From Parcubacteria group bacterium (GTDB lineage Bacteria; Patescibacteriota; Minisyncoccia; UBA6257; JACRHW01), in assembly GCA_016217555.1 (NCBI GenBank), contig JACRHW010000017.1:5093-69092 (forward strand): a DNA stretch of 64,000 nucleotides, read 5' to 3'. The notes under the pieces are model-generated. The model had not been told where the DNA came from, searched no databases, and saw nothing but the letters and a program-made list of their open reading frames with translations. The translations under genes and the position numbers were made by a program. This document shows, one piece after another, positions 44,792 through 53,094 of this stretch (its first letter is position 1; every line of letters begins with the position of its first letter).

Positions 44792-45445
44792 ATGGAAGAT
44801 TTTTCTCAGATATTTCAGACTATCGTTCGTGCGCTTTACATGGTTGCAGGGGGTATTTCTGATGTTTCTTATAAGGAACATTTTAAGTCTGAAATTTTTC
44901 TTTTTGTAGAGGCATATTTTAGACGCGATGTGGAATTGTTTAAAGAACGTGGTTTTATTCTCGATTTCTTTTTGAAGACGGCTATGGATTTGCAGTTTAC
45001 GGCAGAAGAAAATTATATTGTTTTGCACAGGGAAATAAAATCCTTTACAGACAAGTTTGTGGCACATGCAAACGACAAACTTCTTGTTTCCGGTATTCTC
45101 GATTTCCGGAAACTGTTTCCGGAAAAACCAATGCCTGAAGGAGGAGAGGCGGAAGGGGTGGGAAGCCGTTTTGGGATCAATCTCCCTATCCGTGCACCAA
45201 AGATGCGATCGTTTTCTGGTAACAGGATTGTCGGGCTTACGGAACGTCAGCAGTCTATTCTGGAACTTCTCTGTGAAAAAGAAAGTATTCCGCTTATGGA
45301 TGTCCTTGCTCGTTTTCCGGAAATGAATGAGAAGACTATTCGGAATGATCTTCGACTATTGTGTGAGAAGGGGTATGTAAACCATATAGGAAGTGGCGGG
45401 CGGGGAAGTAGATACCAGTTTGTACGTGAAGTATCTAGTATTTAG
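44792..45445 (+). CDS. putative winged-helix transcriptional regulator
   Basis: C-terminal LTERQQSILELL...MNEKTIRNDLRLLCEKGYV (DeoR/MarR-like wHTH); ATG 44792 chosen because the upstream MPELVEGLPF is repeat-derived. Confidence 0.5.
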   Translation: MEDFSQIFQTIVRALYMVAGGISDVSYKEHFKSEIFLFVEAYFRRDVELFKERGFILDFFLKTAMDLQFTAEENYIVLHREIKSFTDKFVAHANDKLLVSGILDFRKLFPEKPMPEGGEAEGVGSRFGINLPIRAPKMRSFSGNRIVGLTERQQSILELLCEKESIPLMDVLARFPEMNEKTIRNDLRLLCEKGYVNHIGSGGRGSRYQFVREVSSI

Positions 45446-45553
45446 TATCGTGTATCTGGTATGACCAACCAATAAGAAAGAATTAATAGTAAGGAAAATC
45501 AAAGAATGTGCTTGTGGGGTATACTAACTACAAGATACTGGATACAAAATACA
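45431..45553. repeat. 'gtatct-word' palindromic element, copy C3
   Basis: gtatctagtatttagtatcgtgtatctggtat ... ggtatactaactacaagatactggatac. Confidence 0.7.
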
Positions 45554-46088
45554 CATTCTGTAACGTAATTTCTTATCGATTCGTTATAATTAACAAGGAA
45601 CACAGTGTTTTTTATTAGTTTTCCACAGTGAGATCTATTGCAAGGGGGTTGCTTTTTTTGCTAAAATAGAGTATACTAAGCAGGACTCAAGGAATGTAGG
45701 AAAACACTAGGTTTTTTCGCCAAACGGGCGGGCTTTTAGGGAGCGTTTTTCTTTTCACACCTGTTTTATCGCAATGTTGTGATACAATAGGTGTGAAAAG
45801 AAAAGGGACGTAACGATTGCAGTAGATAGACAGGAGGTGATGGACTGTTATTTGAAAACTGAATAAGGGCTAGATAAAAAATGGTAGCGCCTGAGCTTGT
45901 CGAAGGCTTACCAAATTAATTCTTTTTTTCTCGATGTAATGAGTCGTAATCAAGGTCGGTGATTCGTTTAACACGAATCATGCTCTCGGCTCTTCTAGAA
46001 ATGTGTATGTAAACAAATAATTAAGCGATTTGTTTTGTGGCGTCGAACCACAAAGGAATCGCGTAACAAAAATTAAATACAAAAAATT

Positions 46089-49000
46089 ATGGGTAATTCC
46101 AAATTTAAAAAAGTTGCGACGAAAGTTGTTGCAGTAAGCCTTTCGCTTACTACCGCAATTTGGCTTTCTGGCGCGGCTATGGCGCTTCCTTTGGCAGCGA
46201 AAGCGGCCACTGTTGATGAGCTCATGGCACAAATCACTGCACTTCAAGCGCAGGTTGCTAGTATGCAGGCTCCAGTAGCTTCAAGTGCGTATTCTTACAC
46301 ACGCAATCTTACGGTGGGATCGCGTGGAGCTGACGTAACAGCTCTTCAGGATACATTAATCTCTGGTGGATATCTCAAAGTATCTGCAACAGGATACTTT
46401 GGTGCTTTGACTAAGGTAGCTGTAAAGGCGTGGCAGGCAGCAGCCGGACTTCCTTCAACAGGATATTTCGGTCCTATGTCTCGCGCAAAGGTAGCAACCG
46501 TTGGTGGAACACCTACCTCAGGTACAACACCAACACCAGGCATAACACCTACCCCAGGTACAACACCAGTTCCAACTGGCACTGGCTTGGCCGTAGCAGT
46601 TGACGCATCAAATCCGGCAGCGGGTAGTTTTCCAGCTGGTGGAAGTCAGATTCCATTCTTGAAATTGAAGTTCACAGCAGGTTCAGCGGATACAACCGTA
46701 ACTGCAATGAATGTATATCGTGGAGGACTCTCTAGCGATAACGATATCTCGAATGTTTATTTGATGGATGGTTCATCGGTTTTGGCAACCAATCTTGGTT
46801 TGTCGAGCGGAAAAGCTTATTTCTCTCTCGCAACTGGATTATTTACAGTTAAGGCGGGAACAAGCAGGGTTGTTACTGTTGCTGCAGATATTTCTGCAAC
46901 AAACACAGCATCTCATGCTTATACATTTGGTGTAAATTCAGCAGCTGATATTACTCCATCTGCGGGTGTTACAGGTACATTCCCAATGACGGGTAATACC
47001 ATGACAGCCGTTTCAGTAACAAATCCGGGACTTGCAACACTTACAGTTGCCAGCGTTTCAACAGGTGGTTCTGTAAACGCAGGAACAACTGGTTTCTTAG
47101 CTGGCCAATTCTCTCTACAGTCCGCAAATAGTGCAGTAAGTGTAAAATCTGTTAAGTTGACAGATGTAGGAACCAATACTCATTCATCAGATATCTCAAA
47201 CATCAAATTGATGAACGGAGGAACACAGGTGGGTGCAACCATTGTGAATGCAAATTCAGATGGTACGGTTGTGTTTAATCTTTCAAGCAATCCTCTACGG
47301 GTTGCATCAGGTCAGACAATTAACCTTTCTGTATATGCTGATGTTGTAGGAGGTGTTAATCGAACACTTCGCTTCACAGTTCAGCACTCTTATGATGTTA
47401 CCGCTACCGACATGACATATAATGTTGGTGCTGGTCTTCTTGGAACATATCCAGTACAGGCTTCTTCTGTAAGTATCAGCTCTGGCTCTTTGGTGGTTAG
47501 CAAGAACGCAGCTTCTCCAACAAACTATATTGCTCGTGGTGCAACCAATGCAACATTGGCAAAGTTTGACTTTAATGCTTCTGGTGAAGCAGTGAGGATT
47601 ACTGCTATTACCTATCAGGTTGGTACTTATAGTGCTAATCAAGAAAATGCAGTATGGAATAACTTGAAGCTCGTTGATGATCAGGGTGTTCAAATTGGAA
47701 CAACCGCTACAGCCGTTTCTTCTGATAGCGTTTCCACAACACAACACTCAACGGCCCTTACTGGCTTGAACTACATTATTCCTGCAAATACAACTCGTTC
47801 GCTTTCTATTGTTCTTGATACTGTATCAACATACGCAGGAAGCATGACAGGAAGTATTACTTCAATAACAGCTCAGGGTTACACCTCGCTTACAGCTATT
47901 CCAAATCCTGGTCCAGATACTTCAACACACGCAGGGAATGCTCTTAGCGCATCTTCAAATCCATTCGTTGCTTCACTTAACAATGGTGTAGGTGCAATTA
48001 GTAGTGTTTCTGGTGCACAAGGTATCAAAATAGGATCTTTTGCCTTGGCAGCAGGTGCAGCAGAAGGAGTAAATGTTACAAGTCTTACCGTGAAAACCGG
48101 TTCGGCCGTTTCATCTCAATATCGTAACTTGAAAGTTATGGTGGGCAGTACTCAGCTAGGTAATACGAACTCAACGCTTACTGATAGTACTGAGTATTCA
48201 GTTTCAGCTTCTAATATCATGATCCCAGTAGGTGGACAGATTGTTGTAGATGTCTATGCTGACACCGTTTCTGGTGCAACATCGTCAGCTGCAGCCGTTC
48301 TTCTTTCTGGTGGTTCAGCAAATGGTGCTTCAACCAACACAACGAGGACTCTTACTAATTCTAGCGGCACAAAGCTTACGAGCTCTGTTACTGTAACTGG
48401 TCAGGTTGATACTATAACAGCATCAGGGAATCTTACAGACGCGTTAGCTCCCTCACCTGTAGTGTCCCAACAAGTTGCTATGGGTGTAACAGGCGTGGTT
48501 CTTGGAACGTTCAAACTTTCTGAGACAACCAATAGCGAGTCAATTGATGTTACGAGCATTGTTGTAAATTCAACTTCAACATCTGCCAACGACATCAAGA
48601 ACCTTAGGCTTATGAATGGAACAACTCCAGTTGGTTCATCTGTGGCAGGTCTTCCTGGTTCAGGTGCACAAGCAACTACCTTTACGATACCTATCGATCC
48701 TGTCACTGGTCACTCTGTCTTTATTGTTCCTCAGAATAACTATGTAACTTTGAGTGTTGTTGCTGATACTAATGATGCAACAGGTGGTGCCGCTTCTAAT
48801 GACACCATAACAGTTGGTCTTGGTGCAGTTACTGGTCAAGGACATTCCTCGGCAGCACCTGCAAATGCAACACCTACAAGCGTAGACAGTTCCGCAACCT
48901 TTACTCTTCATCGCGCAACAATGAGTGTTGCCGTTGCTTCCGGAAGTTATGTGGATAACAGCATTACGGACAACAAGATCGTGGCAAAGTTTAGCTTTAC

Positions 49001-49379
49001 TAATTCAGGGAATTATGATGCTACTATCGCTACATCTTCTATCCAACAGGTTGGTGCAGCGGTAACATCGACTGGTGTTACCTTCACCTTCTTTGATGGA
49101 GACACGAATGCTTCAATCGCAACAACTGGTGCAGTTACAGCAAGCACTTCTGCTGCTGTAGTAACATTTAGTACTGCGGTAACGGTTGCGAAGAATACAA
49201 CGAAGACTATTATAGTGAAAGCGAATCTTTCTACTGCAAGTTATACCTATAGCAATCCAGCTAAGTCATATGCAGTCAATCTTACGGGTTTTGCCTGGGG
49301 AGATGGCTCAGTGACAGGTATTTCTCCTGACACAAGCAAGATTACTTTCCCAATTTCTGGTCCTTCAATGTCCCTGTAA
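46089..49379 (+). CDS. large cell-surface protein: signal peptide, peptidoglycan-binding (PG_binding_1-like) domain, TP-rich linker, at least 6 S/T/A/G/V-rich beta-type repeats
   Basis: LTVGSRGADVTALQ...GYFGALT...AWQ...GLPSTGYFG pattern; repeated ...V.V.S+.L......D+.N+KLM.G.T.+G blocks. Confidence 0.8.
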   Translation: MGNSKFKKVATKVVAVSLSLTTAIWLSGAAMALPLAAKAATVDELMAQITALQAQVASMQAPVASSAYSYTRNLTVGSRGADVTALQDTLISGGYLKVSATGYFGALTKVAVKAWQAAAGLPSTGYFGPMSRAKVATVGGTPTSGTTPTPGITPTPGTTPVPTGTGLAVAVDASNPAAGSFPAGGSQIPFLKLKFTAGSADTTVTAMNVYRGGLSSDNDISNVYLMDGSSVLATNLGLSSGKAYFSLATGLFTVKAGTSRVVTVAADISATNTASHAYTFGVNSAADITPSAGVTGTFPMTGNTMTAVSVTNPGLATLTVASVSTGGSVNAGTTGFLAGQFSLQSANSAVSVKSVKLTDVGTNTHSSDISNIKLMNGGTQVGATIVNANSDGTVVFNLSSNPLRVASGQTINLSVYADVVGGVNRTLRFTVQHSYDVTATDMTYNVGAGLLGTYPVQASSVSISSGSLVVSKNAASPTNYIARGATNATLAKFDFNASGEAVRITAITYQVGTYSANQENAVWNNLKLVDDQGVQIGTTATAVSSDSVSTTQHSTALTGLNYIIPANTTRSLSIVLDTVSTYAGSMTGSITSITAQGYTSLTAIPNPGPDTSTHAGNALSASSNPFVASLNNGVGAISSVSGAQGIKIGSFALAAGAAEGVNVTSLTVKTGSAVSSQYRNLKVMVGSTQLGNTNSTLTDSTEYSVSASNIMIPVGGQIVVDVYADTVSGATSSAAAVLLSGGSANGASTNTTRTLTNSSGTKLTSSVTVTGQVDTITASGNLTDALAPSPVVSQQVAMGVTGVVLGTFKLSETTNSESIDVTSIVVNSTSTSANDIKNLRLMNGTTPVGSSVAGLPGSGAQATTFTIPIDPVTGHSVFIVPQNNYVTLSVVADTNDATGGAASNDTITVGLGAVTGQGHSSAAPANATPTSVDSSATFTLHRATMSVAVASGSYVDNSITDNKIVAKFSFTNSGNYDATIATSSIQQVGAAVTSTGVTFTFFDGDTNASIATTGAVTASTSAAVVTFSTAVTVAKNTTKTIIVKANLSTASYTYSNPAKSYAVNLTGFAWGDGSVTGISPDTSKITFPISGPSMSL

Positions 49380-49406
49380 TCAGTTTCTCGATAGCACACA
49401 ATCGTT

Positions 49407-49435
49407 TAAAAACCCCTCTTTTTGAGGGGTTTTTA
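49407..49435 (+). terminator. rho-independent terminator
   Basis: aaaaacccctc-ttttt-gaggggttttt. Confidence 0.85.
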
Positions 49436-49502
49436 ATTTTGTCTTCTTCCGTGTCATAAAAAAGTTGCGTAGGAAAATGTTTTATGTTAGTATCTCTACT
49501 AT

Positions 49503-49736
49503 ATGAAAAAGACTATTCACCCAGAGTATTTTGAGGCACATGTCTCTTGTGCGTGTGGAAACACATTTACGGTAGGTTCTACGCAGAAGGAGATACGTAC
49601 CGAAATTTGTGATAAATGCCATCCTTTTTATATTGGAAAGGAGCGCTTGCTTGATGTCGCAGGACAGGTTGAGAAATTTAAATCAAGGGCGGGGAAGGCG
49701 GTAACGAGAAAAAAGAAAACAGTAAGTAGAAAATAG
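49503..49736 (+). CDS. rpmE: 50S ribosomal protein L31 (Cys-containing form)
   Basis: MKKTIHPEY...CACGN...[11 protein letters not shown]. Confidence 0.95.
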   Translation: MKKTIHPEYFEAHVSCACGNTFTVGSTQKEIRTEICDKCHPFYIGKERLLDVAGQVEKFKSRAGKAVTRKKKTVSRK

Positions 49737-49739
49737 AAC

Positions 49740-50498
49740 ATGAACAACACAAATACAACAATACCAACACCATCTGTTCCCGTTTCTGGGGAGGGGGTTT
49801 TAGATGTCCATACACGAGAGATGATGAAGGCGGGGGTGCATTATGGACATCGTACTTCACGAACACATCCCAAAATGAAGCCTTTTGTCGCTGGCGTCAA
49901 AAACAACATTGAGATTATTGATCTCGAGGCGACGCGTGATCAGCTAGAGAAGGCAATGACCTTTTTAAAAAGTTTGCCTAAGGATGCGCTTATTCTTTTT
50001 GTAGGGACCCTTCCTCCCTCTCAATCAATTGTACGTGAAATTGCTACGGAGCTTGGATGTCTTTCGGTGACAGAGCGTTGGCTGGGCGGGCTTCTTACCA
50101 ATTTCAAAATGGTATCAGGAAGAATCAAGAATATGATCGATCTCAAAAAGAAAAGATTGGCAGGAGAGTTTGAAAAATATACTAAAAAGGAACAACAGGG
50201 TATCAATCATGAAATTCAACGCGCAGAACGAGTTTTTAGTGGACATGACGCACTTATTCGTATTCCTGATGCATTAATCGTGGTAGGTGTAACCCCCCAC
50301 ATGACAGCTATTAACGAAGCGCGTATTAAAAATGTTCCTATTATTGCTCTTGTTGACACCGATGCAAGTCCTGTTCTTATCGATTATCCTATCGCAGCAA
50401 ACGACAATGCTCGTTCAAGTATTGCATACATCTTATCTCGACTTGCTACTGCTATCAAGGAAACACGTGGTACTACTACGCAGGAAGTATCTTCATAA
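49740..50498 (+). CDS. rpsB: 30S ribosomal protein S2
   Basis: MMKAGVHYGHRTSRTHPKM and full-length S2 similarity; about 25-aa N-terminal extension. Confidence 0.95.
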   Translation: MNNTNTTIPTPSVPVSGEGVLDVHTREMMKAGVHYGHRTSRTHPKMKPFVAGVKNNIEIIDLEATRDQLEKAMTFLKSLPKDALILFVGTLPPSQSIVREIATELGCLSVTERWLGGLLTNFKMVSGRIKNMIDLKKKRLAGEFEKYTKKEQQGINHEIQRAERVFSGHDALIRIPDALIVVGVTPHMTAINEARIKNVPIIALVDTDASPVLIDYPIAANDNARSSIAYILSRLATAIKETRGTTTQEVSS

Positions 50499-50529
50499 TC
50501 TGGTATAATCAGACTATAAAATTTAATTC

Positions 50530-51114
50530 ATGGAAAACTACGATCTTATTAAAAAACTTCGTGAGGCAACAGGCGTCTCTCTTATGGAGTGCAAAAATGC
50601 ACTTGAGGAAATGGGGGGTGATTTTGATAAAGCATTCGAGTTGATGAGAAAGAAGGGGATTGCCAAAGCAGAGAAGAAGGCAGAGCGAGCCACAGGGGTA
50701 GGAAGAATAGAGGCGTATGTTCACGCAGGTAATCGTGTGGGAGTGCTTCTTGATATTCGTTGTGAGACAGATTTTGTCGCTCGAAATGAAGTATTTATAG
50801 AGTTGGCGCACGAGGTTGCCATGCAGATAGCAGCACTTTCTCCAAGGTACGTGAATAGTGATGAGGTTCCTGCGGAGGTTATTGCAAGTGAGCGCGCTAT
50901 ATTTGAGGCAAGTATGGCAGACCAAAAGAAACCAAAAGAAATGCTCGATAAAATTATCGATGGTAAACTTGCAAAACGTTTTGAGGAGATGTGTCTTTTA
51001 GATCAGCCTTTTATTAAGGATCAGACGATGAAGGTGCGCGATATTATTAAAAATTATATTTCAAAGTTGGGTGAAAATATCGTGGTGGCACGCTTCACCC
51101 GTTTTGAGGCATAA
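50530..51114 (+). CDS. tsf: elongation factor Ts (short form)
   Basis: UBA-like N terminus LIKKLREATGVSLMECKNAL; follows rpsB. Confidence 0.92.
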   Translation: MENYDLIKKLREATGVSLMECKNALEEMGGDFDKAFELMRKKGIAKAEKKAERATGVGRIEAYVHAGNRVGVLLDIRCETDFVARNEVFIELAHEVAMQIAALSPRYVNSDEVPAEVIASERAIFEASMADQKKPKEMLDKIIDGKLAKRFEEMCLLDQPFIKDQTMKVRDIIKNYISKLGENIVVARFTRFEA

Positions 51115-51119
51115 TCTTC

Positions 51120-51476
51120 ATGTACGCGTTTTTCCCTTATTTCGGTATTTTCCTTGGGTTGGGTTTGGTGCTTTACGTAGTGATTAAAAATATCCCTGCA
51201 ACAGGAGACGAAGAGCTGATGCTTCTTTATGAGCGGTTTTCTATTCGGCGCTATGTTTCACATGCTACTATAGAGAAAATAGATGGATATGCTGCAGTGT
51301 ATTCAGAGAAGGTGTTAAGAAAGACGAGGGTATTTCTTCTTAAGGCAGAACGTTCTGTTTCAGGCGCTCTTCACCACATGAAAGAAATTGCCCACAGAAC
51401 TTCTCATGCAAAGAAGAATAGTATCGTAAGTTCGGTTGCAGAAGAGAAGAAAGAAGACGAGAAGTCTGCCAAGTAG
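51120..51476 (+). CDS. hypothetical protein with one N-terminal TM
   Basis: 118-aa ORF, stop 1 nt before the tRNA cluster. Confidence 0.45.
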   Translation: MYAFFPYFGIFLGLGLVLYVVIKNIPATGDEELMLLYERFSIRRYVSHATIEKIDGYAAVYSEKVLRKTRVFLLKAERSVSGALHHMKEIAHRTSHAKKNSIVSSVAEEKKEDEKSAK

Positions 51477-51512
51477 TGCCACCTTAGCTCAGCTGGCAGA
51501 GCAACACTTTTG

Positions 51513-51678
51513 CTCCGATATTGTATAAAATCATAAATTTTGTACAATATCGAGAGTCCTCGATTTTATAAAAAAAATTTGCCAGAGTAGCTCAGCTGGC
51601 AGAGCAACACTTTTGTAAAGTGAAGGTCGCGAGTTCGAATCTCGCCTCTGGCTCACGCAAATTTTTATAAAATCGGGA
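51513..51678 (+). mobile_element. 166-bp structured insert in the outer tRNA anticodon, carrying the inner tRNA-Thr
   Basis: 15-bp hairpin 51516-51552; 17-bp AT helix 51561-51580/51659-51675 enclosing the tRNA; short terminal inverted repeat tccgat/atcggga. Confidence 0.6.
51581..51653 (+). tRNA. tRNA-Thr(UGU) (inner, intact)
   Basis: GCCAGAG/CTCTGGC acceptor, anticodon loop TTTGTAA, T arm GCGAG-TTCGAAT-CTCGC. Confidence 0.93.
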
Positions 51679-51687
51679 TAAAGTGAA

Positions 51688-51786
51688 CCCCGTTAGAAGT
51701 AGGTAAAAACATTTGTTGTTCGTCTCGTGTATATCATAGATGGTACAATAATGTAGAAAAATTGTTTTTGTATACTTCTAACGGGG
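51688..51786. mobile_element. 99-bp MITE, family I copy 2, inserted in the outer tRNA-Thr 3' half; TSD TGAA
   Basis: TIR ccccgttagaagta / tacttctaacgggg; TGAA at 51684-51687 and 51787-51790. Confidence 0.75.
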
Positions 51787-51827
51787 TGAAGGTCCTCGGT
51801 TCGAATCCGAGAGGTGGCTCAGGTATT

Positions 51828-51910
51828 GGGTGCGTCGCATAGCGGCAATTGCATGTGGCTGTAAACCACACGTCCTCGTGACTACGGGGGTTCGAGTCCC
51901 TCCGCACCCA
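51828..51910 (+). tRNA. tRNA-Tyr(GUA), class II with long variable arm
   Basis: GGGTGCG/CGCACCC acceptor, anticodon loop CTGTAAA, variable arm cGTCctcgtGACtac, T arm GGGGG-TTCGAGT-CCCTC. Confidence 0.9.
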
Positions 51911-51926
51911 CTTAATGGTGTATAAG

Positions 51927-51956
51927 AAAAGCGCCATTGTGTGGGCGCTTTTTGTT
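51927..51956. terminator. bidirectional terminator between tRNA cluster and patatin-like gene
   Basis: aaaagcgcc-attgtgtg-ggcgcttttt. Confidence 0.75.
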
Positions 51957-51957
51957 T

Positions 51958-52821
51958 TTAGATTTGTTGGAGGGCTTGAATGGTGAGTTTGTATCCTTGA
52001 TCGATAGAGTCTGAAATCTCTCCTTTTGAGAAATTGACGACGGTAAGATTCTGATACGTCTTGATCGGCTTAATGATGAGGATTTTCTTTCTGCCCACGA
52101 TCATTTCAAGCATGCGTAAACTTTTCTTTAGATTGTCAAAATAGATATAGTTGGATCCCCCCAGAGACTTCCAGCTTCCGGCAGGCATAAGGATGGGCCT
52201 TAATGCAGGCGTAAAGGGGTCTATTTGATGTTCTGGGTCAATTACAATGATGAGGTCAAGCATCTTTTTTATATCTTCTAGGGCTTCGGGGATCCATACA
52301 AAACCATCACAATAATCCATACCATTTATATGAACAGGAGGCATAATACCCGGAATACTTGCAGAAGCAAGAATTAATTTAATCAGGTACTTTTCGTTAT
52401 TACCTTGTGTCTTTAAACTTTTTGAAGAGAATAATTCTGCTTCATTGGTATTAAGATTTCGGGCTATTATGTCTAGGCGGGCATGAGAGGCAATGATTTT
52501 TCCTGCATCTATTTTTTTGATCAGTTCTTCAACGCGTTTATTGGGTTTATTTCTTCCTGCCTGGTTTAAGATAATGGTAAGTAAATCAAATAACTGACCA
52601 ACCCCCATCCGTTCTACATCTTGCCAAACACGTATTAGGGGATCGGCTGTAAAGTCATCTGAAATAAATTTTGCACCGTTGAATGTTCCTCCTGATACGA
52701 CTTGTAGGTAGGGGATATTTTCCTTTGGAATGTATTCTGTGATTGCTTTAAGGGCACCCGCCTGGAAGGCACATTTACAACCTCCGCTGGGCAGTATAAT
52801 TCCGACTTTTTGATGTTTCAT
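51958..52821 (-). CDS. patatin-like phospholipase
   Basis: SGGCKCAFQAG (GGxK oxyanion-like), VVSGG (degenerate GxSxG), CDGF (DG dyad). Confidence 0.5.
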   Translation of the reverse strand: MKHQKVGIILPSGGCKCAFQAGALKAITEYIPKENIPYLQVVSGGTFNGAKFISDDFTADPLIRVWQDVERMGVGQLFDLLTIILNQAGRNKPNKRVEELIKKIDAGKIIASHARLDIIARNLNTNEAELFSSKSLKTQGNNEKYLIKLILASASIPGIMPPVHINGMDYCDGFVWIPEALEDIKKMLDLIIVIDPEHQIDPFTPALRPILMPAGSWKSLGGSNYIYFDNLKKSLRMLEMIVGRKKILIIKPIKTYQNLTVVNFSKGEISDSIDQGYKLTIQALQQI

Positions 52822-52957
52822 AGTTTTTCCTCCTTATTGTGTCAAAGTGCACACCTTACTACTATCTAGCGCGAATGAGCCTTTCTGTAAACCCATACAC
52901 TCTACTCTTCTCTTTTTTCTAAAACTTTGATAAAGTAAGTCTTAGTGTATAGATATC

Positions 52958-53029
52958 GCCGGACTAGCTCATTGGTAGAGCGCATCCCTGAAGAGGATGG
53001 CGTACCCAGTTCGATTCTGGGGTCCGGCA
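52958..53029 (+). tRNA. tRNA-Phe(GAA)
   Basis: GCCGGAC/GTCCGGC acceptor, anticodon loop CTGAAGA, T arm CCCAG-TTCGATT-CTGGG. Confidence 0.93.
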
Positions 53030-53094
53030 CAATAGAGCTCTATCTTCTAAAGAATAAGCTTTGCTACGGGCTTATTTTTTGTTATCATGAAAAT

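Larger units (their letters stand above)
51478..51819 (+). pseudogene. outer tRNA-Thr(UGU) gene, interrupted between anticodon nt 35/36 and again in the anticodon stem
   Basis: 5' part 51478-51512 (GCCACCT TA GCTC AGCTGGCA GAGC A ACACT TTTG); 3' part TAAAGTGAA (51679-51687) + GGTC CTCGG TTCGAAT CCGAG AGGTGGC T (51791-51819). Confidence 0.8.

Noticed and set aside
46346-48911. Several 78-146-aa minus-strand ORFs inside the surface-protein gene
   Set aside because: They are shadow ORFs of a long, compositionally biased (GCN/ACN-rich) + strand gene.
52945-53094. Long 5' extensions of ORFs running through tRNA genes (here tRNA-Phe; likewise 24623-24655 through tRNA-Lys and 54086-54134 through tRNA-Trp)
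   Set aside because: The upstream parts translate tRNA sequence. Downstream ATGs give proteins that start where family similarity begins.
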